The position numbers and the translations under genes are program-made. From positions 2,677 to 66,676 of the forward strand of contig JAHJIX010000024.1 of NCBI GenBank assembly GCA_018823045.1: 64,000 nucleotides of DNA, in the 5' to 3' direction. Below are positions 19,504 through 29,301 of this stretch, piece after piece. The first letter of the stretch is position 1, and every line of letters starts with the position of its first letter. The DNA comes from Patescibacteria group bacterium (GTDB lineage: Bacteria > Patescibacteriota > Patescibacteriia > Magasanikbacterales > UBA922). Below the pieces are notes generated by a model. The model ran no database searches. It saw nothing but the letters and a program-made list of their open reading frames with translations, and had not been told where the DNA came from.

Positions 19504-19593
19504 TAATCGTATCATTTTTAAGTAAAACACTCCTCTAATCGTATCATAAATGATACGATTAAGCTACTTTTTAGGCCTAAAATGATACGATTA
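19504..19593. promoter_or_regulatory. operator-like array: four copies of the 12-mer TAATCGTATCAT, two direct and two inverted, including a perfect 26-bp palindrome
   Basis: TAATCGTATCAT occurs at 19504-19515 and 19536-19547. Its reverse complement ATGATACGATTA occurs at 19550-19561 and 19582-19593. The central pair forms TAATCGTATCAT-AA-ATGATACGATTA. The outer copies are each 32 bp away. The array is immediately upstream of, and overlapping, the start region of the wHTH-Fic gene. Confidence 0.5.
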
Positions 19594-19761
19594 GTGCTTG
19601 AAATATTATTTTTTAGCTTATTTAAGCTATTTTTTAAAATCACTACAAAACCTTATATTTATTGCTTTTTATCACCATTTTTTACAGTAAATAACCAAAA
19701 TACAACACAAGCAAATAAAAAGATATACACAGGAACTTATCCACAAATACCCCTTAGCAGT

Positions 19762-19790
19762 TGACAAAATGATAAATATGTACTATAGTC
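19762..19790 (+). promoter_or_regulatory. sigma70-like promoter (TTGACA-17 bp-TATAGT)
   Basis: ttgacaaaatgataaatatgtactatagt. Consensus -35, a 17-nt spacer, and a 5/6 match at -10. It points toward the plus-strand gene at 20004. Confidence 0.4.
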
Positions 19791-20003
19791 GGGATATAAG
19801 GCTATATAGTATTTAGAATAAAATATTTTATTATAGTATAATATAAGCAAAGTGTCAAATGTTACATTGTGGATAAAAATTAATCCTTAGGGAATATACA
19901 GAGTGAGCACTGACAATCTGTCAGTGAGTACGCTAGATGTTCCTTAATCCTAGGGGACATCACAACCATTGCGCTACTTGCAGGAGTAGCTAAGGAGTTC
20001 CCG

Positions 20004-20378
20004 ATGCGCAGCATCAACCCCGCGCTCCTCTTGAGCGCAATTCTGTTCCTTTTCCCGATCTTCTTCGGGGCTTGCGCCGAAGAAGAGGACTTCCCCACAA
20101 CAGATGAGACTTTCACAGAGTCTCACCACCAAAATCCCCCCATCGTCGACAAGGCGGACTCCCCTCTGGAGTACCCGCAAGAAGACGCGGGTGTCGAAGA
20201 TGAACCACCACCTGACGATAAAATTGATTATACCTGTGCTACAGCAACAGGCAGGTATGATGGAGAGTATTGCCCAGGCTTAGACTCAACACTTCACTAT
20301 GATTATACTACATGTCGATATACCTGTGCAGGTGATCCTGGATTACCTGAAGAATTAGTAGACCATGTATGTAATTAA
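20004..20378 (+). CDS. small secreted, possibly lipidated, cysteine-rich acidic protein
   Basis: A strong SD (taaggagttcccgATG) precedes the start. The signal peptide is MRSINPALLLSAILFLFPIFFGAC. An acidic linker follows. The C-terminal domain has 6 Cys (CATATGRYDGEYCPGL...CRYTCAGDPG...HVCN). The local GC content is visibly higher than the flanks. Confidence 0.55.
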   Translation: MRSINPALLLSAILFLFPIFFGACAEEEDFPTTDETFTESHHQNPPIVDKADSPLEYPQEDAGVEDEPPPDDKIDYTCATATGRYDGEYCPGLDSTLHYDYTTCRYTCAGDPGLPEELVDHVCN

Positions 20379-20459
20379 TCACCCTAACGGAGCTATGCCG
20401 TTTACCCTCCTACATAGCAAATCCCTGAAGTAAAGCAACCATTGATTTATTTCAGAGAT

Positions 20460-20491
20460 AAAAACAACCTATAATATATAGGTTGTTTTTA
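20460..20491. terminator. bidirectional rho-independent terminator between convergent genes
   Basis: aaaacaacctata-ata-tataggttgtttt. A perfect 13-bp stem is flanked by A-run/T-run. It sits between the plus-strand stop at 20378 and the minus-strand stop at 20511. Confidence 0.65.
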
Positions 20492-20510
20492 TTTATGTAT
20501 ACTACCGCGC

Positions 20511-23500
20511 TTAAGGAATCACAATTACCTTTCCAGCATAATCTGTCCACGGATAAATATCCTTTGCGATTTCCGCAGTTTTATTAGCAGGAGAACATTG
20601 TGAAATATTATAATTACTTACACTTGTTTCGACACTTTCATAACAACCCTTTAATAGACTACCTACAGGATCAACATCAGAACTTCCACCATACTCCCCG
20701 ACACACTCACCATTACACCAACCCCAATTATCTACCACTGTTACTCGTGGAGTGTAGACACAAACGTAATCATCTAAAGAAAGCCCTTGTGCAAGTAATC
20801 GTGAAGTATCATCAGGTAAACTTTTTACTTGTTTTACATAATAAGGAAGTACATAATTAGGATTTTCTGCTTTTTCTGCAGCAAGAATATTAATCTTTCC
20901 TTTTTCACAATGATACTCATGCATAAACTCAAAGTACTCCTCTGTACAAGCTCGAGGTAAATCACCAAAATGTTTCGGTTCACCAAAGAATTTAGTACAA
21001 ACACCTGTAGGACAAGCCTCTTCAGAGTCAAGCGCTAAATCACAAGCTAAATCATTATAAATATTCTTACCATTCACATTATCGACACAATAGCCCACAG
21101 TCATATCACCTGCATCATCACTTTCTTCACAGACTGGTTTTCTATTTTTATATGACCCCGATCTATTTGCATTGGTTTTTTTGCTATTATCTGCCCAATC
21201 AACAGTTACCCGACTAATTGGCATATGATTATGATCAGCAATTGCAAAGAATTTGAGTGTTGCAACATAACTTGTTTTTGCAATAATGGCATCAGCTTTC
21301 CCGTCTCTATTAAAATCTTCATCAGGGAGACCATCACCATTGTAGTCAGTCAATGTCTGATTTCTATCTCCAACAGTTATATTATGTAATTCCCCCGCCG
21401 TACAATTACTTGTTTCATTACAGGTATATGGATTAATTGAGTATATTTGTGGAATTTTAGATCGAATTTCCTCACTACCGTTATCAAAAGATGTATCAAC
21501 TTCAACATTCACTTCAGGAACCCCCATACCAGAAGCAGAAATAATATCTACATTATTTCCTTGGCCATAAGTTACTCTCCCTAACTTATAAAATTTAGAA
21601 AATAATTCATGAAGGTTATCATATGCAGTATTAATATTATCAACACTCGATATTTCATTCTTTAACTCATCCTCAATACCAGGGAGATCTAACGTCCCAC
21701 ATTTTTGAGGAATAGTACCACTAATTTTGATAGGAGTATTACCAAGCAAATTTGAACCCAACCAATCTGACACACAACTATATGGAATACCAGGATGAAC
21801 ACCTGCAGTAAGTCCAAATCCATATGAACTTAAAGCATCTTTATTTTCTGATGTTATTGCATTTCCTGATAAAGATAATGAACCAAATGGAGCATTCAAA
21901 ATATCTTTTGAAAGACTTGGATAGTTTGTTAAACTATAACTTTTAGCATTTTTCCATACACGATCGGTCCATGCCTTATTACTATGCACTAATTGATTAC
22001 CACCATTATTATATACTTGAGTAAACTCAGTACAGCGATCAGCGACTTCAGCAACAACAGCATAACGAGAAAACATTACCCCACTTGCATATTGACCCTG
22101 ACTACACCACCTACTAATATACCCTAAAAACTCACCTTCTTTATTAAAATCTAAACCAATAGCTAACCATGGTGAATGTGTCAAATTAACAGTATCATCT
22201 ATAGAAGGATAAGCAGTACAATCTTCTAAGATAAATGGATCATACATTTCTGGATTTAATCTAGTAGTAGAATCAATCTGCTTTCTTGGAACTAAAGCTC
22301 TAAAATCAGAACCCTGTAAACCTGAATTATCATTAACTACTTCCCAAAAATTAGCAAAATTTGGCATGTATCTACCTTCATCAGTAAATTCAGATCTTCC
22401 TGTAGATAATATAAACATATACCGCTTGTCTATATTATTTCTTTCAGAAACATCTACATTACCCACACTATCATAATCAATATAAGAAAAATCTCCTAAT
22501 AATTCTCCTCGTTTTAACATATATGTAAATATTTGCCAACGAGTATTACCACTTGGTCGTATTGCAGAATTCACTTGCGCAGCTAAAATAGGACTTTCTA
22601 TAGCACCTTCTCTTAACGCAGCAAAATCAATATACGCATCATTAGAGTGCTTATCATTCCCCGCAAAAATTCCTTCATATAACGGAACAAAATACAACTT
22701 ATTTATATCTTGTTCACGAATAATATTTTCAAATGGTGAACGATAGAGACTCTCATCTATACCAAAAATATCAGTATAAATTTCTCCAGGTGCATTAGCC
22801 CCTAAATGAATATTACGAGTATACAAATTATTATCAATTGCTTGAACAGATACAGGATTTTCGTTATCTAAATCAAAAATGGGTGGGTGCATTATTGTAC
22901 GACCAAAAATTTCTTCTGCGTTTTCAGTATTTGGCGCAAAACTTACTGGTGAAAAGTCTTGATTACCCATTCCAGAATTTTGGATATTAACACTCTCTGA
23001 ACGCTCAAAACGTAATATAACATTATTAGCAGGCTCCTCTTCAGTTCTAAACTCATGCCAAAGCATACTATACAAACCTGTATATATATCTTCTTTTGTA
23101 AAAGAATATCTTCCACCATTAAATTTACTATAAACATCCTCAATAGTATTATCTAACTCCTTAAATACTAACATATCTTCATCATACGGCCCTAACCCAG
23201 CATTACTTGCCTGTGTACAATACACCTCTCCACCATCTCTATACTCACCTCCATTTGCATCAAGACTCACGGCGTCTTCATCCGGATAATATCCTGCACG
23301 TGGATCTAAGTTATAAATATCAATAGGACTAGCAGACATTTGAATTGGTAACCAAGTAAGACAAGTACGCCCTTCACCATACGGAATAGGACGACTATCG
23401 TCATACTCTAAACAATACCCACTGAATCCTAAAAATGTTTCTTTTTTTTGTGCCCGTGAACAAACCCCCGGTATATCATTATCACCTGGAGAATCAATAT

Positions 23501-26500
23501 CAGGTCTATATTCTGTACACCCACCATCATCAACACAGGGCTTACCGTCATATTTTCCACCAAGACAAACACCATCAGGAACAGTGACACCATTATCAAA
23601 GTAATCAACAATATTATCTTTATATGTTACCTTTGTATAATCACAAGCACAACCACCTTCACTTTGGCAAACATTTGCCCCTTCATAATCTCTAATAGCA
23701 ATAGTACTCTTTCGTCTTTTTACCGCATTATGCCCCGTAATCGTTTCATTATTGTCTTGAAGCACTTCTGTACTATATGGCGCATCAACTTCTGCATAGC
23801 CTTTACAACTTGTTGGCTGTAAATAACTGATTAATGATAAGATATTATCAACCTGCTGTTGTTCTGTATGAGAATCAAGCACGGTTAAGTCCCCTGGAAA
23901 ATTTCCATCCATAGGGAAAATACATTGCTCATTATAACAACGACCACCAGCGGTAAATCCACACATACGCCAATCGGTATTTTGATCAAGATCTAATACA
24001 TCAATATAACAATCTAAATCTTCTTCACCGACATGTTCAAAAATTTCATTATTTAATACCCGTGCTAAAAATGATTGATTTTCTATTGCTTTGATGTTTC
24101 TTTGTGTTGATGTTGCTAAATTATCTAGCTCATAATCTTCACTCAAATCAAATGATATATAATCAAACTCTCCTATTGGATATCTATTAAAAAGTGAATA
24201 ACCCGTATACTCTTCATCATGCCAAGAAATACCACGCGTCACATATTTTTTATAATCAAGTGGACGAAGTGCCTGATTTCTTACTGTCACATCAGAAGAA
24301 AGGACTTCTTCAAAATCATCGGCCCATCTACCACAAGAAGAAAAGCCTTCACCAACTTCTTCACAGGCTTTATATTCATAACACACATGATTTTTATTTC
24401 CAGAGTCATCTGTATATGGCATATAGGTAGAACAAGCAAGCCACTCACTACATTGGCGATCTCTTGTAACCTCAATAATAATGTTACTATCATTATATTG
24501 TGTTGATGCTGGCGTTACTTTTCCGTACGGTGGTTCTACATTTTCACTATTTTCATATGTTTGTGCTGCATCAAAATATTTATTTGGAATAGCGGTTTGA
24601 TCAAATAATACACAACCTTCAATTAAACTCACAGCACCATCACATTTTTCTGCACCAATATGTTGTTTTAATCGATCATTATATAAGTAATAATACGGTT
24701 TTCCGTTTGGATATTCTTCTGAAATATCAATCCTATCAACAAACTCACTACATTGATTATATTCTGCCGGGCATACCCCAACAAACCCTTCATATTGGTC
24801 TGAAGCACTACTCCAAATGTCATATAACCCACCACTTCGTTGATAATCAGCATAACACGGAACGTTTCCTATATCATTACAGGTATTCCCATCACCACAG
24901 TTCGCATCTTCTCTACAACTGAGTGTCCCATCTTGACTACACTGTCCAACACCTTCACGATACCAACCATAGCCATCAACATCAGCATTTGGCTCTTTAT
25001 AATAACAAATGGTTTGCCCAGTAAGTGCAGGGTCTTTAAAGTATGCTTGTCCCCCACTCATGCCATACGCACTACAAGCAACAACTTCTTCATGACAAAG
25101 AATTTGATCATACACACGTGGATCATTTTTTATCATGACATCATTATAGCGATAAATCGTACTCGTTGCTTCTCCTGGCAGAAATTGATCTTCTTGCCCA
25201 ACAAGTTCACAGCCCATGGTATCCACACCATTATCACAACGTGCTTCTTTATTATTTGTTAAATACAATGGTGCATCCACTGCAGTATCCGCTGGAATAA
25301 ATACTGTTGAAGGAACAACAAAATCTTGAATATAGTCTAAGCCCTTTCCTTCAGGGAGGGTCACGTGATCTACATAACATCCGGTGCCATTTCTTGGCAC
25401 AATACATGAATCGCCTAAACTATTACCACCTACAGTAATCGTACAATTTTCTTCGTCATTTCCTTCACACCAAAGCATATATGCTTCTGCTTTTGTATTG
25501 TTTAATGTATTATATGTATCCCACATTGGCATACAACCCACTGCACTTGCACGACAAAGTTGTTCAAACTCGGTTGCATAACGCAATTGATTATCTCCAT
25601 CGGTATATGCCTCACAGCCTAAATATGCGCCAGGAAGACCATCTTGTGGCGTTGCATCACAAGATAAAGGTGTATTCCATGAATCTTTAATTAAATACGC
25701 TAAACCATCCCACCTGCTTAATGACACATGATCAATAAAATATGGGATATCTGTATTATTTTGTCTACGCAAAACTAACAGTAATGGTTGTGTTGTATCA
25801 ATATCAGTTATTTCTAGCGGCCCAAATTCATAATTATTCCAATTACTACTCAAAGATACTTCAGAAACAAATTCTCCAACAATATTATTGCCTTGTTGCA
25901 ATTGAATCGTTAATTGATGATCAACTCCTTTTGCCCAAAATGCTAATTGAAATACATTATTATCTTTAAATGTTGCGATCGTTGATGTAGAAATTGTTCG
26001 TAAAATACGAGAAGATTCCACTTGCAAAGAATGGAGACCTAAGTCAGTCGCTTCCCCACTTACACGAAGACTTCCATCATTATCATTGTGGCTCCAATCA
26101 CTCATCGCTTCTACTAATGCTTCAGGACTATCGTTTGTTGGCTCAAAATCATCTTCTGGTTCAAAAAGATATGCAACATTTCCGGCTTGATTCCCAGTAA
26201 ACGCACGACAACCATTTTCTTGTTGAGTACATGTTGGTGACGCCCCAGGTAATGTCTGATAAACACATGCACCATCAAGATATTCACCATTATTTTCACA
26301 TTGAATACATTGATCATTTGCGGCATCCCATGTTCCACGGCGCCCTGAACAATATGCCCCTGGCACATCAACTGCTAAAATTTCTGATTCTGTTTTTCTT
26401 ACCGCATAACAATCTTCAGACACCCACACCGTTTCTGTCAGTAATCGATAATAGGTATTCCCTTCATCATCGTAGAGTAAATGGCAGGTTGTTGGTGCAG

Positions 26501-29300
26501 CCTCAGCATTGTATGGATCATCAATCTTTAATACATAACTGTCTTCATTACATAAATCATTATTTTCAATTAATGATTCAGCGATATCATTTGCATACAC
26601 GGGAGACCCTTCAGGGAAAGCCGCTAATACTGCTGACGCTTCTGCACCAACATAGAGCCGATCTTCTGCAGAAACAACACGCAATTGCATAGTTTGTAAA
26701 TTATACCCACCACTTAACGATCCTTCCCAAGTATAATATGTTTTTTGATTATTTTCTGTAGGCAATTCACAATGACGAATATCCGTATAGTATTCTAACT
26801 GCTCTCCACCAGCAGGAACAGAACCTAAATTGGTAAACTCACTACAACCAACCGCTTCTGCAGTACAAGTATTTGCGGTATCTGGAATAAAGTATACAGG
26901 AAATTCAGCTGCTTCAAATGCACTTGCTTCTTGTTTAAATGAATCATAGCCCACACATGCAGATGGACAAGCATTTGCTGAACCAATAATTGCCGGAACA
27001 GTCAAGCCACCATTTACCGGAGTAAATGAATCACAACCCACTTCTTCTTCAACACAAACATGCGCATAGTCATTACACTGATCATTACTTAACACTAACT
27101 GCTGCGCTTGTGTTTTTGTCTCTGGCCAATTTATTTCTGGAGAGTCAAGCGCTGTATTTGTATCATAACACCCTAAATACTCTGGTGCTTTTTTAATAAA
27201 TATATATCCCTCACTTGATGGATTACTCGTATAGTCTCCATTACCATCAATCGTTGATGGAATAAAGGCATGACAACCGTCATCTGCACTCGTACAGCTA
27301 TTATCATTTTGTGATTTAATATATTCTACAGGATTTCTGCCTACTGCTTGATATGCAAAGAGGTCACCCTCAAACGTATCAAGAGAAACCCACTCTCCCC
27401 CTTGCTTTTCTGCAGAATACGCCCGACATCCAACACTGTCTTCATTGCACTCAGCACTATCAACAGTACGAGATAAATATGACGCTACTTTATTTGTACC
27501 ACTTTGTACATAGGTTTTACAGGTATTATATTCACTCGGGCAGGCATCACCATCAATACGCCAAACATTTTCTTCTTTTGTACAATAGCCAAAATCAAGA
27601 CAATTACCATTATCATCTTTTCGTAAACACGTAGAAATATCTACACACTCTTCTCGCCGTGTTGCAATTTGGCTATTTTCTAAAAATGGTCCAGGAACTT
27701 CCATTTCACAACGTGCATCTGGCGCCATAATAATCCAATTTGGATTAATTAAGTGACAAAATTCTTTATTTGCACTCACAATAACTTTTGTTGGATCATT
27801 TTCATCGTAAATACAATCATCAAAACCGTACACAACATCTTGCAATGTCCACGGATTATCAGGATCAGAATTTAGTACTGCAACCTCAAATCCAAGAGGC
27901 AATATACGTAATTTTCTTAATTTTTGAATATTTGAATAACAATAATAATCATTTTGACAAGCCTCAATATCGCTATGAGCAATATGTGTTGGCGGAATAA
28001 GTGGATTATCGCCTAAAAGTCCTATATCAAGTGCTTCTTGTATTGTTAATGGTTCACCAACATTTGCCTGTGCTAACAACTGTTGCAAATTATTATCAAT
28101 AATACAATTATTTGTCCCGGGATTATCAGGACAAATAGACAACTCAGAAATGACATTAAAAGACTTTTGTGTATGAATTTTTGGAATAGTGGTAAACAAA
28201 AAGTTAAATGCACGCTCTACTTTTTTTCTACTCGTAAATGTCCCCGCATAAAAATCACTTAAAGAATCCGAACCCGCTCCCGAACCATCCTTATTTTCTC
28301 CCCTCTCTGGGAATAACCCTTCTGTAAGAACTCTTGATAATAATTGTGTTGTTAACGTATTTAAAAATACAGAACCAGCCATGGGCAAAATCTGTGAAGC
28401 ACCACTGCCATAAATACCTGCAACTTGTGTCGCAGAGAGTGTTCCTTGATGTTTTGCCGTCAACGCAGTTGTTTCTTCTTTTATAATCTGCGCTGGTGTT
28501 TTGACATCACCTGCAATAGCTGAAGTAAGTGACTTAAAGCCATTTCCTTCTAAACGCTCAGCCTTTGCTGATTCTTTTTTTTCTTCTCGTAGACGATCGA
28601 CTTGTGCAATTGCACCTAATGCAACACCTAAACTAGAGTTAGATACTGAAATCGTTTGACTAAATGTTCGATCAAGCCCTTCTGTTGTACCATAACGCTC
28701 TGTCCAAGCATCTGGATCAAAAATACCACCGTTTTTTAAATCTTGCCATTGACAATTTGGCTGCGGTCCAGAACCTGGATATAATTGTGGAATACCAATT
28801 TGTAAAAATATATTAAATTGTGCGTCTGGTACAGCACATAAATTTAAACCAAAAGGCTTCCCCAATTCTCCTAAACCATCAGCCATAGATTGATATACTT
28901 CATGTTCTAAATAACTTCCAAACCCATCCTGAAAGACTAAAGCACTTTGCCCTTTTCCACCGTGAGCTACATAGTTTGCTGTATCATACGCTAATTTTCG
29001 AGCAAAATATGATGATGCATGTATCAGAGAACCTAACCCTGCGGCAAGAAGAGAATTGTAAAATTCTTGCCGCGCTCTTTCTTCTGCAGCAAGAGCCATC
29101 CTTTGTGCCTGAGCAGCAGCAGCAGCTACAGTGGCTTTAGCTGCCGCAGTAATATTAACCCCAATAGAAGAAACATCAATAACAGGAGCCCCTTGAGCTG
29201 AAACATTTTCAGGAATACCCAAACCAAATAGTACCTCAACACTCAGCACAATCGCAATCAATGGAATAATCAAAAATTTTGGGAGACGAGATGAAAACAT
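20511..29300 (-). CDS. giant (~2929 aa) cysteine-rich secreted/surface protein
   Basis: The ORF track gives 20511..29360. The ATG at 29300 lies 1 nt after the stop of the upstream gene and gives MFSSRLPKFLIIPLIAIVLSVEVLFGLGIPENVSA, a signal/anchor. Hundreds of Cys residues are present. There is a DGDGLPDEDFNRDGKAD calcium-binding-like motif. An internal CBM4/9-like module reads LRVSGEATDLGLHSLQ...FWAKG...YFIDHVSLSRW. There are no internal stops over 8.8 kb. Confidence 0.7.
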   Translation of the reverse strand: MFSSRLPKFLIIPLIAIVLSVEVLFGLGIPENVSAQGAPVIDVSSIGVNITAAAKATVAAAAAQAQRMALAAEERARQEFYNSLLAAGLGSLIHASSYFARKLAYDTANYVAHGGKGQSALVFQDGFGSYLEHEVYQSMADGLGELGKPFGLNLCAVPDAQFNIFLQIGIPQLYPGSGPQPNCQWQDLKNGGIFDPDAWTERYGTTEGLDRTFSQTISVSNSSLGVALGAIAQVDRLREEKKESAKAERLEGNGFKSLTSAIAGDVKTPAQIIKEETTALTAKHQGTLSATQVAGIYGSGASQILPMAGSVFLNTLTTQLLSRVLTEGLFPERGENKDGSGAGSDSLSDFYAGTFTSRKKVERAFNFLFTTIPKIHTQKSFNVISELSICPDNPGTNNCIIDNNLQQLLAQANVGEPLTIQEALDIGLLGDNPLIPPTHIAHSDIEACQNDYYCYSNIQKLRKLRILPLGFEVAVLNSDPDNPWTLQDVVYGFDDCIYDENDPTKVIVSANKEFCHLINPNWIIMAPDARCEMEVPGPFLENSQIATRREECVDISTCLRKDDNGNCLDFGYCTKEENVWRIDGDACPSEYNTCKTYVQSGTNKVASYLSRTVDSAECNEDSVGCRAYSAEKQGGEWVSLDTFEGDLFAYQAVGRNPVEYIKSQNDNSCTSADDGCHAFIPSTIDGNGDYTSNPSSEGYIFIKKAPEYLGCYDTNTALDSPEINWPETKTQAQQLVLSNDQCNDYAHVCVEEEVGCDSFTPVNGGLTVPAIIGSANACPSACVGYDSFKQEASAFEAAEFPVYFIPDTANTCTAEAVGCSEFTNLGSVPAGGEQLEYYTDIRHCELPTENNQKTYYTWEGSLSGGYNLQTMQLRVVSAEDRLYVGAEASAVLAAFPEGSPVYANDIAESLIENNDLCNEDSYVLKIDDPYNAEAAPTTCHLLYDDEGNTYYRLLTETVWVSEDCYAVRKTESEILAVDVPGAYCSGRRGTWDAANDQCIQCENNGEYLDGACVYQTLPGASPTCTQQENGCRAFTGNQAGNVAYLFEPEDDFEPTNDSPEALVEAMSDWSHNDNDGSLRVSGEATDLGLHSLQVESSRILRTISTSTIATFKDNNVFQLAFWAKGVDHQLTIQLQQGNNIVGEFVSEVSLSSNWNNYEFGPLEITDIDTTQPLLLVLRRQNNTDIPYFIDHVSLSRWDGLAYLIKDSWNTPLSCDATPQDGLPGAYLGCEAYTDGDNQLRYATEFEQLCRASAVGCMPMWDTYNTLNNTKAEAYMLWCEGNDEENCTITVGGNSLGDSCIVPRNGTGCYVDHVTLPEGKGLDYIQDFVVPSTVFIPADTAVDAPLYLTNNKEARCDNGVDTMGCELVGQEDQFLPGEATSTIYRYNDVMIKNDPRVYDQILCHEEVVACSAYGMSGGQAYFKDPALTGQTICYYKEPNADVDGYGWYREGVGQCSQDGTLSCREDANCGDGNTCNDIGNVPCYADYQRSGGLYDIWSSASDQYEGFVGVCPAEYNQCSEFVDRIDISEEYPNGKPYYYLYNDRLKQHIGAEKCDGAVSLIEGCVLFDQTAIPNKYFDAAQTYENSENVEPPYGKVTPASTQYNDSNIIIEVTRDRQCSEWLACSTYMPYTDDSGNKNHVCYEYKACEEVGEGFSSCGRWADDFEEVLSSDVTVRNQALRPLDYKKYVTRGISWHDEEYTGYSLFNRYPIGEFDYISFDLSEDYELDNLATSTQRNIKAIENQSFLARVLNNEIFEHVGEEDLDCYIDVLDLDQNTDWRMCGFTAGGRCYNEQCIFPMDGNFPGDLTVLDSHTEQQQVDNILSLISYLQPTSCKGYAEVDAPYSTEVLQDNNETITGHNAVKRRKSTIAIRDYEGANVCQSEGGCACDYTKVTYKDNIVDYFDNGVTVPDGVCLGGKYDGKPCVDDGGCTEYRPDIDSPGDNDIPGVCSRAQKKETFLGFSGYCLEYDDSRPIPYGEGRTCLTWLPIQMSASPIDIYNLDPRAGYYPDEDAVSLDANGGEYRDGGEVYCTQASNAGLGPYDEDMLVFKELDNTIEDVYSKFNGGRYSFTKEDIYTGLYSMLWHEFRTEEEPANNVILRFERSESVNIQNSGMGNQDFSPVSFAPNTENAEEIFGRTIMHPPIFDLDNENPVSVQAIDNNLYTRNIHLGANAPGEIYTDIFGIDESLYRSPFENIIREQDINKLYFVPLYEGIFAGNDKHSNDAYIDFAALREGAIESPILAAQVNSAIRPSGNTRWQIFTYMLKRGELLGDFSYIDYDSVGNVDVSERNNIDKRYMFILSTGRSEFTDEGRYMPNFANFWEVVNDNSGLQGSDFRALVPRKQIDSTTRLNPEMYDPFILEDCTAYPSIDDTVNLTHSPWLAIGLDFNKEGEFLGYISRWCSQGQYASGVMFSRYAVVAEVADRCTEFTQVYNNGGNQLVHSNKAWTDRVWKNAKSYSLTNYPSLSKDILNAPFGSLSLSGNAITSENKDALSSYGFGLTAGVHPGIPYSCVSDWLGSNLLGNTPIKISGTIPQKCGTLDLPGIEDELKNEISSVDNINTAYDNLHELFSKFYKLGRVTYGQGNNVDIISASGMGVPEVNVEVDTSFDNGSEEIRSKIPQIYSINPYTCNETSNCTAGELHNITVGDRNQTLTDYNGDGLPDEDFNRDGKADAIIAKTSYVATLKFFAIADHNHMPISRVTVDWADNSKKTNANRSGSYKNRKPVCEESDDAGDMTVGYCVDNVNGKNIYNDLACDLALDSEEACPTGVCTKFFGEPKHFGDLPRACTEEYFEFMHEYHCEKGKINILAAEKAENPNYVLPYYVKQVKSLPDDTSRLLAQGLSLDDYVCVYTPRVTVVDNWGWCNGECVGEYGGSSDVDPVGSLLKGCYESVETSVSNYNISQCSPANKTAEIAKDIYPWTDYAGKVIVIP

Positions 29301-29301
29301 A

